IMG/VR virus record: IMGVR_UViG_3300036784_000035
Span: 1 to 41,194 of that record
Length of the DNA stretch: 41,194 bases
Reading direction: 5' to 3' (one strand)
Source of the DNA: a virus
Taxonomy: Duplodnaviria > Caudoviricetes
Of the stretch, positions 24,111 through 32,646 are shown piece by piece. The notes beneath the pieces are model-generated. The model was not told the DNA's origin. It saw only the letters and a list, made by a program, of their open reading frames with translations, and made no database searches. Position 1 is the first letter of the stretch. Each line of letters begins with the position of its first letter. Made by a program: the position numbers and the translations under genes.

Positions 24111-24832
24111 CAGCGCTTCATCCTCTGATCCATGGCCTGCTTCGCGTAGAACTCGACCAACTGATCGGTGGTCGCCTGCTGCTCGACGAACTGCGGGCTG
24201 GCACGCCCCTGGATCGGCTTCGGTGGCGCGGGGGCACGCGATTGGTTGCGCGTTGGCCTCGCTGCCATCTTCTCGGCGAACTGCCCCAGCGCGATGGCCC
24301 GCGCCCGCTCGCCCCGCAGCGATGCGATGTGCTCCAGATCCTCCGGCGCGTCGCGCAGTGCCGCCGCCACGCGGTGACCGTCGGGGATCTCCACGAGCAG
24401 CGCGGCAATCTGTGCATCGGCACCCATCGCCTGGAGGTCGCTGCAACGCTGCTGCCAGTCGGGATAGGCGTCACGACCGGCGGCGTGGAAGGTGCCGATG
24501 CGCTCCTGGGTGCGCTGTGCGTCGGCGAGCCGCCCCGCCTCAGCCTGGATTGCCTGCTGGATCACCGGGTCGGGCTGTTGCTGCGGCTGGCCGCCGGTGC
24601 GGACGTGCTGCTCCAGCGCAGCAAGCCGTGCCGCCATCTCGTCGCGATCACGCGCGGCCTGGGTGGCCTGGCTGCGCAGGTAGCCAATGCGCTTCTCGAA
24701 CCGGGTCTGCTGTTCCTGCTCGCGCTCGGTCGGCTGCGCGCCATGATCCTCTGGGGCAGGCGTTTCCGGGGCGTCAGGAGGCGCTGTGGTGGCCTCCGGC
24801 TCCGGCGCCGTGGTTTGCTCGGTCTCGCTCAT
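24110..24832 (-). CDS. Scaffolding protein
   Basis: Acidic N-terminus, RFEKRI coiled coil, G..AYPDW, S.AP.PP.PI.G tail; between portal and coat. Confidence 0.8.
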   Translation of the reverse strand: MSETEQTTAPEPEATTAPPDAPETPAPEDHGAQPTEREQEQQTRFEKRIGYLRSQATQAARDRDEMAARLAALEQHVRTGGQPQQQPDPVIQQAIQAEAGRLADAQRTQERIGTFHAAGRDAYPDWQQRCSDLQAMGADAQIAALLVEIPDGHRVAAALRDAPEDLEHIASLRGERARAIALGQFAEKMAARPTRNQSRAPAPPKPIQGRASPQFVEQQATTDQLVEFYAKQAMDQRMKR

Positions 24833-24835
24833 GGC

Positions 24836-25351
24836 CTAGTACCCCATGCCTCCAGCGCCCTGCGCATCGCCGCCTGGACCACCGCCGGCGCTTGTCTGCC
24901 GGCCGAACGGACTCTGCGGGGTGCCGATCATACTGGCGGCCATCTGCGGGTTGATCTGCTGCAACAGCATGAACGCGCCGGGGTCCATCGGCCCATTACC
25001 CAGCGAGCCGTACCCTGTGCCGGTCAGCGCCTGTGCGTAGGCGTCCAGCGTGCTCTGGGCTGCAGCGTTCGGTGATGCGAATGCCTGCTGGGGCGCTGTT
25101 CCCTGCTGCTGTGGCGTGACTGCGTTCGGCGCCGCCTGCTGCGACGCGGGCATTCCCCAGGCGGTGGTCATCCACGAGGGCCAGCCGCTGGAACCCTGAG
25201 AACTGGACGTCGATGGCATGCCGCCGAGCGGATTGGACGTTGTCGGTGCCGACGCCGACAGCGCGTTCCACGGCATGCCGCCCCACGGCAACGCGGCCTG
25301 TTGGTCGTTCCACGCCGTGCTACTGAACGATGGGGAGGTCGATCCGCTCAT
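24836..25351 (-). CDS. Low-complexity S/G/Q/P-rich protein
   Basis: Tightly packed in operon (TAGGCCATG junctions). Confidence 0.65.
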   Translation of the reverse strand: MSGSTSPSFSSTAWNDQQAALPWGGMPWNALSASAPTTSNPLGGMPSTSSSQGSSGWPSWMTTAWGMPASQQAAPNAVTPQQQGTAPQQAFASPNAAAQSTLDAYAQALTGTGYGSLGNGPMDPGAFMLLQQINPQMAASMIGTPQSPFGRQTSAGGGPGGDAQGAGGMGY

Positions 25352-25354
25352 GGC

Positions 25355-25561
25355 CTAGCCGTGCGCGGCGTAGGTGGGCGCTGGGTGCGCGGCCGGTGCA
25401 ACGCCTGGGCTGGCGGCCGGTGCGGCCTTGGGCTGGTTCAGTTTCGCCTTATCGACGTAGACCACGCCATCGCCCACCACGGTCGTCGGGTGCAGCGGCG
25501 GCGGGTTGGTGTCGGTGATGTTCGGGAGGATACCGGGCGGCAGCGGTTCGCGGTCGGGCAT
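25355..25561 (-). CDS. Hypothetical protein
   Basis: AGGAG SD; operon packing. Confidence 0.65.
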   Translation of the reverse strand: MPDREPLPPGILPNITDTNPPPLHPTTVVGDGVVYVDKAKLNQPKAAPAASPGVAPAAHPAPTYAAHG

Positions 25562-25571
25562 GGTGGGTCTC

Positions 25572-25805
25572 CTATCGCGGGGTGTTGGACTCTGCCGGGG
25601 TGACGGTGAACGGCGCCTCGGGCTCCGGCGGGGGTTCTAGCGTGCCCATGGTGACGGCGCTGGTGGCCTGCAACTGGATGATGCGGGAGCGCAGCCGCAC
25701 CACCTCGGCGTGCATGCGCACCAGACAGCGATGGCGCTCGTCCCAGTCCTCCTGGGTTGCCTCGCGCATCTCCTCGAGGTCCACGTCGTAAAACCGGATG
25801 GTCAT
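25572..25805 (-). CDS. Hypothetical protein
   Basis: ATGA coupling to portal. Confidence 0.6.
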   Translation of the reverse strand: MTIRFYDVDLEEMREATQEDWDERHRCLVRMHAEVVRLRSRIIQLQATSAVTMGTLEPPPEPEAPFTVTPAESNTPR

Positions 25806-27991
25806 TGCTGCGGCGCCTGTCCGTTGCCGCCGTCCACCGGCTCTGGCGGCTGCGCTGCCTGCACATTCCCCTGCAGCGCCTGCTCCATCATCCCGTGGTG
25901 CGCGATCGCCGGAACCATGTCCGTGTGCAGCATCTCCGCCACCATCTTCCGCACGATCACCTGCAGCGACAGCGGGTCAATCGAACCAACCGCCTTGAGC
26001 CTGTCCGTCTCGGCCTTGTATTCGTCGATTACCAACTCGCTTTGCTTCTCGTCGCCCTTCTCCTTGAGCCGCACATTCTCGGCCTTCAGCCCGGCAATCT
26101 CCGCGTCCGCCTGCTGCAACAGCTTCTGCGCCTGCTGCTGCATCTGTTGCCCAGCCTGTTGCAACTGCATCACCTGCGGATCAGGCCCCGGCTTGTATTG
26201 CGGCGGCAATCCGCGCTTCAGCCGCTCGGCCAGTTCGTCAGCGCCCGGAAAATCCTGGTACTGCGCCCAGAAGTCGCCCACCACGGCGAACGCCTGCGGG
26301 TTGTTGCTCAGGATCTGGGTGAAAGCGTTGGCCGCCTCCTGCCGCTGCGTGCCGAATGACGGCCCCACGTCGGCCTCCACGTCATACCGTCCCACGTTCG
26401 GATTAAAGATCACCCGCGGGTCCGGCATGTTGTCCTGCTCTTTGTCCTGATCGGCCTGGTCCGGCCCGATCGGCTGCGGCCCTTGCGGGGTCAACCGCAC
26501 CCGCTGGTGTGCTGCCGGCGCGCCGGGCGTCAGGATGATCTCGCTGTCGCTGCCGTCCTCGGCAAGAATGCGCATCACGCGCGTGGTGTCATACACTTTC
26601 GGGATCAGATCGATAAGAATGCGCCCGATCTGGCGGATCGCCTTCGCCTGGTTGTCGATGTAGTGATAGGTCGCCGTGTCGCCCTGGCGCTGCCGCTGCT
26701 GAATGGCGACGCCGCTGCGCTCGTTGCTCGGCATGCCCAGCTCGGCCTGATACTGCCCGGTCACGTCGAGCAAATCCTGCCGCGCGATCATCATGCCCTG
26801 GACGTATGCCTGTGCCATCTCGGGCGCTGGCGCGCGCTGCGGCGCCGGAACCTCCTGGCCGTTGTCGTCCTTGGCGTTGTACGGCAGCCATGCGTGGTTC
26901 TTGACGTTGGCGGTGTTCCAGTAGTTCTCGAATCCCTCAAACGCCTGCATCGGACCGATGAACGGCGTCTTACCCTGTAGCGCGACCTGCTCCACCGCCG
27001 CCGATGCCCAGTAGTTGTAGATACGCTGGGCGTCGATCTGCGAGCGTGTGTGCCCCTTGCGGTCGAGCACGCCGTCGATCACCGTCTCCTCGCCGATGAA
27101 GGGCACGACCGGAATGTGCTTGCCGGCCCAGTCGCCGCGCTCGGTGATTTCGTCGCCCTCGATGCGGAACCATTCGACGCTGGCCTCGGACGTGTCCCGT
27201 GATTGTGCGATCTGCGATTGCATCATCTCGGTCTGGGCGTCGTCCATCTCGCTGGCACGCAGCACGCGGCCATCGTGCAGCAGGTGCAGCTTGTCGGTGG
27301 TCTCCTCGCGCCGCCAGTAATGCGCAATCCGCACATGGTCGCGCGTCACCCAGTCGTTCTGCCGCGGGCTGTCCAATGCGGCCGGCGGTGGTGCGGCGTT
27401 CTTGCCGTGCTCGGCCTCCCACTGCTCGCGCGGGATGTCCTCGAAGATGAAGGCATACCACATGTCCGACTTGTCCCAGAGCTTCGCGTCCGGGTCCATG
27501 TAGACCGTCTCGGGATCTTGCACGCGGCGGATGTAGATCTCCTGCTCGAACGAGCCTTCGTCCACGTAATCGGTGTCTACGGTCACGTAACCGATGCCGC
27601 TTTCGACCTGGTGGAACGTGGCTGTGGTGTAGGCATCGATCGCTTTGCTCTGATACTCGATGCGGCGGATGATGCCCTCGAACACCTGCGCCGCCTCGTA
27701 GCTGGCGCTGCCGCCGGTCGGCGTGACCTTCACCGACGTCTTGTTCTGCCGCGCGTCGTTGACGATCTGCAGATTGTGCTGGCGCACCTTGTTGTGCGTG
27801 AGGCTGGGCCGATCGCCTCTCGCATTCCGCACCTCGTCCATCCACTGCCAGCCGTTGTAGACGTCGCCGTTGGCGAACTTGCGGTCGAGACGGGCACGAT
27901 GGCGTGCGGTGCTTTCCCACGTCACGCAGATCTCGAAGCGCTTGCGCGCCTCGCGCATGATCTCGGCATCACCACGTTGCGGACGGGGCAT
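25802..27991 (-). CDS. Portal protein (P22-like)
   Basis: D.KFA.G..QW, RP.LT.N.., IP.VP..G, SG.AI..RQ.QG...Y.DN, G.YDV...GPSF.T.RQE. Confidence 0.93.
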   Translation of the reverse strand: MPRPQRGDAEIMREARKRFEICVTWESTARHRARLDRKFANGDVYNGWQWMDEVRNARGDRPSLTHNKVRQHNLQIVNDARQNKTSVKVTPTGGSASYEAAQVFEGIIRRIEYQSKAIDAYTTATFHQVESGIGYVTVDTDYVDEGSFEQEIYIRRVQDPETVYMDPDAKLWDKSDMWYAFIFEDIPREQWEAEHGKNAAPPPAALDSPRQNDWVTRDHVRIAHYWRREETTDKLHLLHDGRVLRASEMDDAQTEMMQSQIAQSRDTSEASVEWFRIEGDEITERGDWAGKHIPVVPFIGEETVIDGVLDRKGHTRSQIDAQRIYNYWASAAVEQVALQGKTPFIGPMQAFEGFENYWNTANVKNHAWLPYNAKDDNGQEVPAPQRAPAPEMAQAYVQGMMIARQDLLDVTGQYQAELGMPSNERSGVAIQQRQRQGDTATYHYIDNQAKAIRQIGRILIDLIPKVYDTTRVMRILAEDGSDSEIILTPGAPAAHQRVRLTPQGPQPIGPDQADQDKEQDNMPDPRVIFNPNVGRYDVEADVGPSFGTQRQEAANAFTQILSNNPQAFAVVGDFWAQYQDFPGADELAERLKRGLPPQYKPGPDPQVMQLQQAGQQMQQQAQKLLQQADAEIAGLKAENVRLKEKGDEKQSELVIDEYKAETDRLKAVGSIDPLSLQVIVRKMVAEMLHTDMVPAIAHHGMMEQALQGNVQAAQPPEPVDGGNGQAPQQ

Positions 27992-27997
27992 CGGCGT

Positions 27998-28141
27998 TCA
28001 GTCCAGGCTTTCCCGCGTGTTGGCGATCAGTTGCCGCGCCAGTTGCTGCGCCTTCGCCATGCGCAGCCGCTCCGGTATCAGCCGCAGCGCGAGGGACAGG
28101 TGGTAGAGCGTCATGGTGATGGCGTCGTCCTGGTCAGCCAT
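27998..28141 (-). CDS. Small hypothetical protein
   Basis: GAGGA SD before ATG 28141. Confidence 0.5.
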   Translation of the reverse strand: MADQDDAITMTLYHLSLALRLIPERLRMAKAQQLARQLIANTRESLD

Positions 28142-28206
28142 GTGGCCGTCCTCGTTCGCCGCATGGACGCGCTTGGCAGCCGCCCGTCCCTCGCTGTGGG
28201 TTGGGA

Positions 28207-28407
28207 TCATGACAGTGGGTGTGGCCCCCAGAGCGGATGGCCGACGAGCGGCAGCAGGTAGGACAACATCACCAACAGCAGGATCAGCAGCAGCACCAGT
28301 TGCGCGATCTGCGCGAACGGCGGCGGCAGCGGGATCAATGTGATGATGTAATAGATGATCCCGAACACGATCAGGATCACCAGCAGCGAGATGAGCAGCG
28401 AGATCAT
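28207..28407 (-). CDS. Two-TM membrane protein (holin-like)
   Basis: Two hydrophobic helices separated by IPLPPPF. Confidence 0.75.
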   Translation of the reverse strand: MISLLISLLVILIVFGIIYYIITLIPLPPPFAQIAQLVLLLILLLVMLSYLLPLVGHPLWGPHPLS

Positions 28408-28826
28408 GACACGACCACCCCGTTGGACGGTGGCGCGGTGCCAGGGCCGGCCGCGTTGGTCGCGGTGACGGTGCAGGTCGCGGTCTTTCCCACATCGCCA
28501 GCAACACGGGTGTAATCCGGCGAGTCGGTACCCTTGTTGGCGCCGTCAATCTTCCACTGATAGGCGTACGAGGTTGGCACTTCGGTCCAGTTGCCCATCG
28601 TGCAATGCAGCGCGGTGCCCTCTTGGCTGACGTATGGCACATCGGTGTTGATGGGCGCGATCGGATTGCGTGTCCGCTCGAAGTAACCAACACCGTCGTC
28701 AACCGCGATCAGCCGCCAGCCATCGGATGCGCGCTCGTACATCCACGCTTGCAGCGCCGCATCGTTCGGCATCAGCGTGCCGCCGAAGCGCTGCACCAGG
28801 TATTCCGTGACAGTTGAGCCGCTCAT
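28404..28826 (-). CDS. Protein with C-terminal Ig-like domain
   Basis: P.NT..P...G..L.C..G.W..PTSYAYQW...D.G..TCTVTATNAAG. Confidence 0.75.
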   Translation of the reverse strand: MSGSTVTEYLVQRFGGTLMPNDAALQAWMYERASDGWRLIAVDDGVGYFERTRNPIAPINTDVPYVSQEGTALHCTMGNWTEVPTSYAYQWKIDGANKGTDSPDYTRVAGDVGKTATCTVTATNAAGPGTAPPSNGVVVS

Positions 28827-30187
28827 GCCACCATCCAGTTCGTGCTGACCATCGCGCCGTTGCCCACCGTGGTCTCGTATTGGCTGCCCCACTGCGGCTC
28901 GGCGATCGGGCGCCGATCGTCCCGCACGCCAAGCGCCATGTAGCGCATGCTGTCCGCGCCGTGGCTCGCGAAGTCATGCACTGGCGTCGAGCGCCAGGTC
29001 TGCGCGTTCTCGTTCCACTCACGGCGGTAATTGCGCAGCGCCCGAATGCCGATCGCGCACCGCTCGGCGTCGAACCACGCTTTGGGCAGGATCATGCGCA
29101 CCGCGTTGATGCCATCGGCGACGTTGTGCCGGGTCACGATGCGCGTCGGCTTGAGCCCGAGGCCGTGCATCGTCTCGGTGCGGCTGCGCCCGCTGCCTAA
29201 CTCGGTCGCCTCGGCGTCATGCGGCAGTAGGTGGCGCTCGTAGTTGTATGGTTTCGCCTGCAACTGTCGCACGTAGTAGTCGAGCGCTTCGCCGTTGCTT
29301 TCGATGTAGTCGATGAAGCGCCACTGCCCGCCGCGGCTGACCTGGGCAAACCAGATCGCAGTGCTGTCGGCAATGCCGAGATCCCATGATGTCCACACCT
29401 TGAGGATGGGATCGTGCGGCACCATGCCGATGCGCCCCTCGGCCTCCGCGTCGTTCATCAGCCGGCCGTAATAGCTGCCGCTGTTCGGCGCCTCGAACGA
29501 GCACAGCAACTCCTGGGCGAACTCCTCCTCGGACATCTCCTGGCGCAGCCGCGTGATCGCTTCGTCGCTCAGCGTGTGCGTCTTGGTGTGGTCGAGCAGA
29601 TAGCTGCTGTAGCCGGGCGTCGTGCGGGCGCGATCGTATGCCGCCTGCAAGAGCCCGCGGCCTTTGGGCGTGCCTGACCTGACGAGAGTACCGTCCCTGT
29701 CGGCCAACATGGGTTCAACGACCAGGGGAACCATCGAGGGTGGGGTATCATCGTACTCGTCCATAATGACGAGGTCGGAATATCCTCCGCGCCAACTGTC
29801 CTGATTGTCTGCGCCGCCACACTGAAAGACCGACCCGTTCGGAAAAGCCACCGACATATTTGATTTGCGAACTTCAGCGCCAGGGATGTGCCGCACCGCC
29901 TCGATCAACTGGTCCCATAATCCGGTGCGCACCCACATGACGTTGTAAGGCAGAATGTCGACGACACGCGGCATGGGCTTCTTCTCGGTCAGGCAACGCC
30001 TGATCCCCATCCACATCAAGGCGGTGGACTTGCCCGCACGCCTGTGCACCACGGCCACAATACGCTTAGCTTGGTCGGCCAACAGAGGCCGCTGCCAAAC
30101 GCGAGGCGCGAACGGCAGCGTCACTTGCTGACGCGGCTGTTCCTCCGTGATATGTTCCGGCGATGAGACGTTTTGAAGCGTTAGCAT
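28823..30187 (-). CDS. terL: Terminase large subunit (start uncertain: 30187, 30229 or further downstream)
   Basis: Walker A HRRAGKS, Walker B LVIMDE, GTPKG, nuclease WDLG..DSTAIW, PHDA, SHGADS.RY. Confidence 0.93.
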   Translation of the reverse strand: MLTLQNVSSPEHITEEQPRQQVTLPFAPRVWQRPLLADQAKRIVAVVHRRAGKSTALMWMGIRRCLTEKKPMPRVVDILPYNVMWVRTGLWDQLIEAVRHIPGAEVRKSNMSVAFPNGSVFQCGGADNQDSWRGGYSDLVIMDEYDDTPPSMVPLVVEPMLADRDGTLVRSGTPKGRGLLQAAYDRARTTPGYSSYLLDHTKTHTLSDEAITRLRQEMSEEEFAQELLCSFEAPNSGSYYGRLMNDAEAEGRIGMVPHDPILKVWTSWDLGIADSTAIWFAQVSRGGQWRFIDYIESNGEALDYYVRQLQAKPYNYERHLLPHDAEATELGSGRSRTETMHGLGLKPTRIVTRHNVADGINAVRMILPKAWFDAERCAIGIRALRNYRREWNENAQTWRSTPVHDFASHGADSMRYMALGVRDDRRPIAEPQWGSQYETTVGNGAMVSTNWMVA

Positions 30188-30771
30188 CTGGTCAACGGTT
30201 CTATGATGAGAGCCGATGGGCGTGTCCAATGGGACATCAGCCGATCCTACGTTACGCGATCACTGGCAAGTGCGTGGCCTGCACCAAAACCGAAGGCGAG
30301 CGGTACAAGTCCCAACGCAAGGCGTATGCAGCAAAGAACTCCAAGACGGTAGTCGCCAGAGTGCGTTCATGGCGTAAGGCAAATCCGGATAAGGAAGCAA
30401 CGCTACGCGCTGAGTACCGCGAGAGGCATCGAGACGAACTCCGCGCCAGAAACGTGCTTTACCGACAAGCCAATCCAACCGATCCACTATTGCGCCGCGT
30501 CAGGGAAGCGCGTCGGCGCGCCAGAAAGATGAACGGCGGCGGCTCATACACGAAGGACGATGTCACCGACATGCTACGGACCCAGAAAGGCCGATGCGTC
30601 TACTGCCAACGAAACATCTCCAAACAATATGCGGTGGATCATATCGTGCCTGTGCGGCTTGGCGGCTCCAGCAACCGGACCAACCTTCGACTGCTATGTC
30701 GCTCGTGTAATTCCAGCAAAGGCGGGAAACATCCGATCGACTTCGCACGGTCCCGAGGCCTTCTGGTCTAA
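30163..30771 (+). CDS. HNH endonuclease inserted antisense between terS and terL
   Basis: C..GH...C..C N-terminus; QKGRCVYC...VDHIVP...GGS....NL.LLC..CN.SK; lower GC. Confidence 0.9.
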   Translation: MRRFEALASGQRFYDESRWACPMGHQPILRYAITGKCVACTKTEGERYKSQRKAYAAKNSKTVVARVRSWRKANPDKEATLRAEYRERHRDELRARNVLYRQANPTDPLLRRVREARRRARKMNGGGSYTKDDVTDMLRTQKGRCVYCQRNISKQYAVDHIVPVRLGGSSNRTNLRLLCRSCNSSKGGKHPIDFARSRGLLV

Positions 30772-31085
30772 CATTCCTCGAACGATACATCGAACACGAG
30801 TTGCGGCGCCGGCTCTTTGGCTTCCACCACCTGGGTTACCGGCACGGGCTCAGCCCAGCGGAAATCCACGACGAGCGCTCCACCGTCAGCACCAGCGAGT
30901 TGCAGCGGCAGCACCTTGCCGACAAGACCGAGAAAGGCGGTGGGGTTCTCCTCGGCCTGACGCGCAAGGTATTCACGGCCCCCGACATCACTAAGCGCAC
31001 CCAGGATCATCTCCTTGATGGAGCCGGTGAAGCGGTTGGGCACGCCGGCGCGGCGACCGCTGCGATTAAGGTGCTCTGCTGACAA
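30768..31085 (-). CDS. terS: Terminase small subunit
   Basis: GR..G.PN..T..IKE.I..AL..GG..YL..QA.ENP.AFL.L.GKVLP; position. Confidence 0.75.
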   Translation of the reverse strand: MSAEHLNRSGRRAGVPNRFTGSIKEMILGALSDVGGREYLARQAEENPTAFLGLVGKVLPLQLAGADGGALVVDFRWAEPVPVTQVVEAKEPAPQLVFDVSFEEC

Positions 31086-31103
31086 ATTCTGTCACTCTGT
31101 CAG

Positions 31104-31688
31104 TTAGTCTCGTGCTGTGAGCCACGCCACGGGCGCCTGGACCTGTCTCAGCGCGCCGAACAGCATGACCGACACATGCGCTGTGTCGCGGCGGACGGAG
31201 AGCACGACGGCTGGGTGACCGACGAATGGGCCTGCTGCGAGGGCTACGGCGTCGCCAGGCGCCCATTGGGCGGTTTCGCGGGGCGGCGATGCTGCGGCCA
31301 GGGCCAATGCGGCTTCTACGGCCTCCACAGCCCCGGCACGGGCATACTGCATCCGGTTGGCACATTGGAGCACGGAATGGACGCCTGGTGTCTCGCGAAT
31401 TGGGCGCCAGAGGTCTGGATTGTCGTGCTGGATGAACAGGTAGCGCGGGAAGAGCGGGATCTGGATGGTGTGGCGCAGGGAACGGAGGACGCGATCGCGG
31501 CGGGTGACGGTGGCGAGCGGGAGGAAGGTGCGATAGCCGGCGCGGGTGAGGTTGTCGTTGGCCCAGCGCTCTGCGCCTGGATGGGTGTAGCAGACGCCCC
31601 AATTGCCGCAGCACGGCGCGTCGTTCCGAGCGTGGAACGCGTCCGGTTGTGTGGGACATAACGCTGGGTTGTGGCTGGCGTCAAGCAT
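31104..31688 (-). CDS. NusG/RfaH-family antiterminator (late regulator)
   Basis: W....T.P..E, PLFPRYLFI, I..TPGV, KOW GD.V...GPF.G, V.V.LFG. Confidence 0.9.
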   Translation of the reverse strand: MLDASHNPALCPTQPDAFHARNDAPCCGNWGVCYTHPGAERWANDNLTRAGYRTFLPLATVTRRDRVLRSLRHTIQIPLFPRYLFIQHDNPDLWRPIRETPGVHSVLQCANRMQYARAGAVEAVEAALALAAASPPRETAQWAPGDAVALAAGPFVGHPAVVLSVRRDTAHVSVMLFGALRQVQAPVAWLTARD

Positions 31689-31905
31689 CGAGGCGGGGCT
31701 TTGCGGCCAACGTCATCAACGCGCCGGAGACGGATGCGATGAGCGAGATCTGGTCGGCCTGGGGCAACGATGCGCCGATGTTGAGCGCCTGGGCGAGGAG
31801 CACGGCGGATTGTTCGTAGGCGGTGCAGCCGCTCAACGCGAGCAGCTGGTCGATGCCGTGGCTGAGGGCGTCGCAGCGAACGGGATCGAGCGGGAGCGGT
31901 GTCAT
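31681..31905 (-). CDS. Hypothetical protein
   Basis: ATGA-coupled start in a degenerate array-B repeat. Confidence 0.65.
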   Translation of the reverse strand: MTPLPLDPVRCDALSHGIDQLLALSGCTAYEQSAVLLAQALNIGASLPQADQISLIASVSGALMTLAAKPRLDA

Positions 31906-32087
31906 GCGGCGGGCTCCGGATCGAGCGGTTTGCATATCGGCGGATGGGTTTCGCGCGCCTGGTCGATGCGGGTGAGCAGGACGTGCAGGGCGCGGGCGCA
32001 GAGGTCGAGGTCTTCGGTGTAGCCGTCGTCGTCGAGCACGGTGGCGATCCAGTTGGCCAGGAGGGTGACTGGATCCGCGGTGATCAT
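31902..32087 (-). CDS. Hypothetical protein
   Basis: Begins and ends in array-B repeats. Confidence 0.7.
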   Translation of the reverse strand: MITADPVTLLANWIATVLDDDGYTEDLDLCARALHVLLTRIDQARETHPPICKPLDPEPAA

Positions 32088-32281
32088 GCGGCGCTCCGGT
32101 CGTCTGGATCGGGCGTGGTGACGAACGACAGCCTTCGCCAGTCGGCGCGGCATTTGGGGTCTGGGCAGCGCAGGTCTTGCCAGGATGCGATGACGACGCG
32201 GACGGGTGCATCGGTGACGGTCTCGGCGGCCCAGCGATGGCCGCAGTTCCGGCAGAGCACTGGCATGCTGGCGATGCGCAT
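32084..32281 (-). CDS. Small Zn-ribbon-like protein (CRNC...CPDPKC)
   Basis: Bounded by repeats; Cys pairs. Confidence 0.7.
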   Translation of the reverse strand: MRIASMPVLCRNCGHRWAAETVTDAPVRVVIASWQDLRCPDPKCRADWRRLSFVTTPDPDDRSAA

Positions 32282-32472
32282 TAGGCGGCGCTCCGGTCGT
32301 CGGGTGTGATGAGCGGGACGCCGAGACGAGCGCGGACGGCGGGTTCGTCTTCCGGCAGGACGTTCTCGGCGATCCAGGTGCAGGTGGCGCAGCGCTGCCA
32401 GGCGGGCTTGACGGGCTGGAACGCGCTGACGTGGGCGCCGCAGTCGTCGCACTGGAACTCGGTGAGCTTCAT
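32281..32472 (-). CDS. Small Zn-ribbon-like protein (CDDC...CATC)
   Basis: Bounded by repeats; two CxxC. Confidence 0.7.
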   Translation of the reverse strand: MKLTEFQCDDCGAHVSAFQPVKPAWQRCATCTWIAENVLPEDEPAVRARLGVPLITPDDRSAA

Positions 32473-32496
32473 GCGGCGCTCCGGTCGTCGTTGGCG

Positions 32497-32646
32497 GTGC
32501 GCCACATGCGCCACAAAGCGCGCCACATTCGGCTAAGCAGTCGGCTGTGCTGCGCCACAAACTCGGCCTTTAGGCCGATTGCGGCGCAACGCCGAGCAAC
32601 GCCGGCTCCGGTGCGCCACAAATGCGCCATAACGTGCGCCACAAAG
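32497..32646. repeat. Iteron-like GCGCCA(C/T)A repeats; probable replication origin
   Basis: Seven same-orientation copies in ~150 bp directly downstream of the helicase gene. Confidence 0.7.

Larger units (their letters stand above)
31902..32489 (-). repeat. Gene-junction repeat GACGACCGGAGCGCCGCATGA (array B)
   Basis: Copies at 32469-32489 and 32084-32104 identical, 32281-32301 near-identical, 31902-31922 degenerate; spacing 182-197 bp. Confidence 0.9.
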
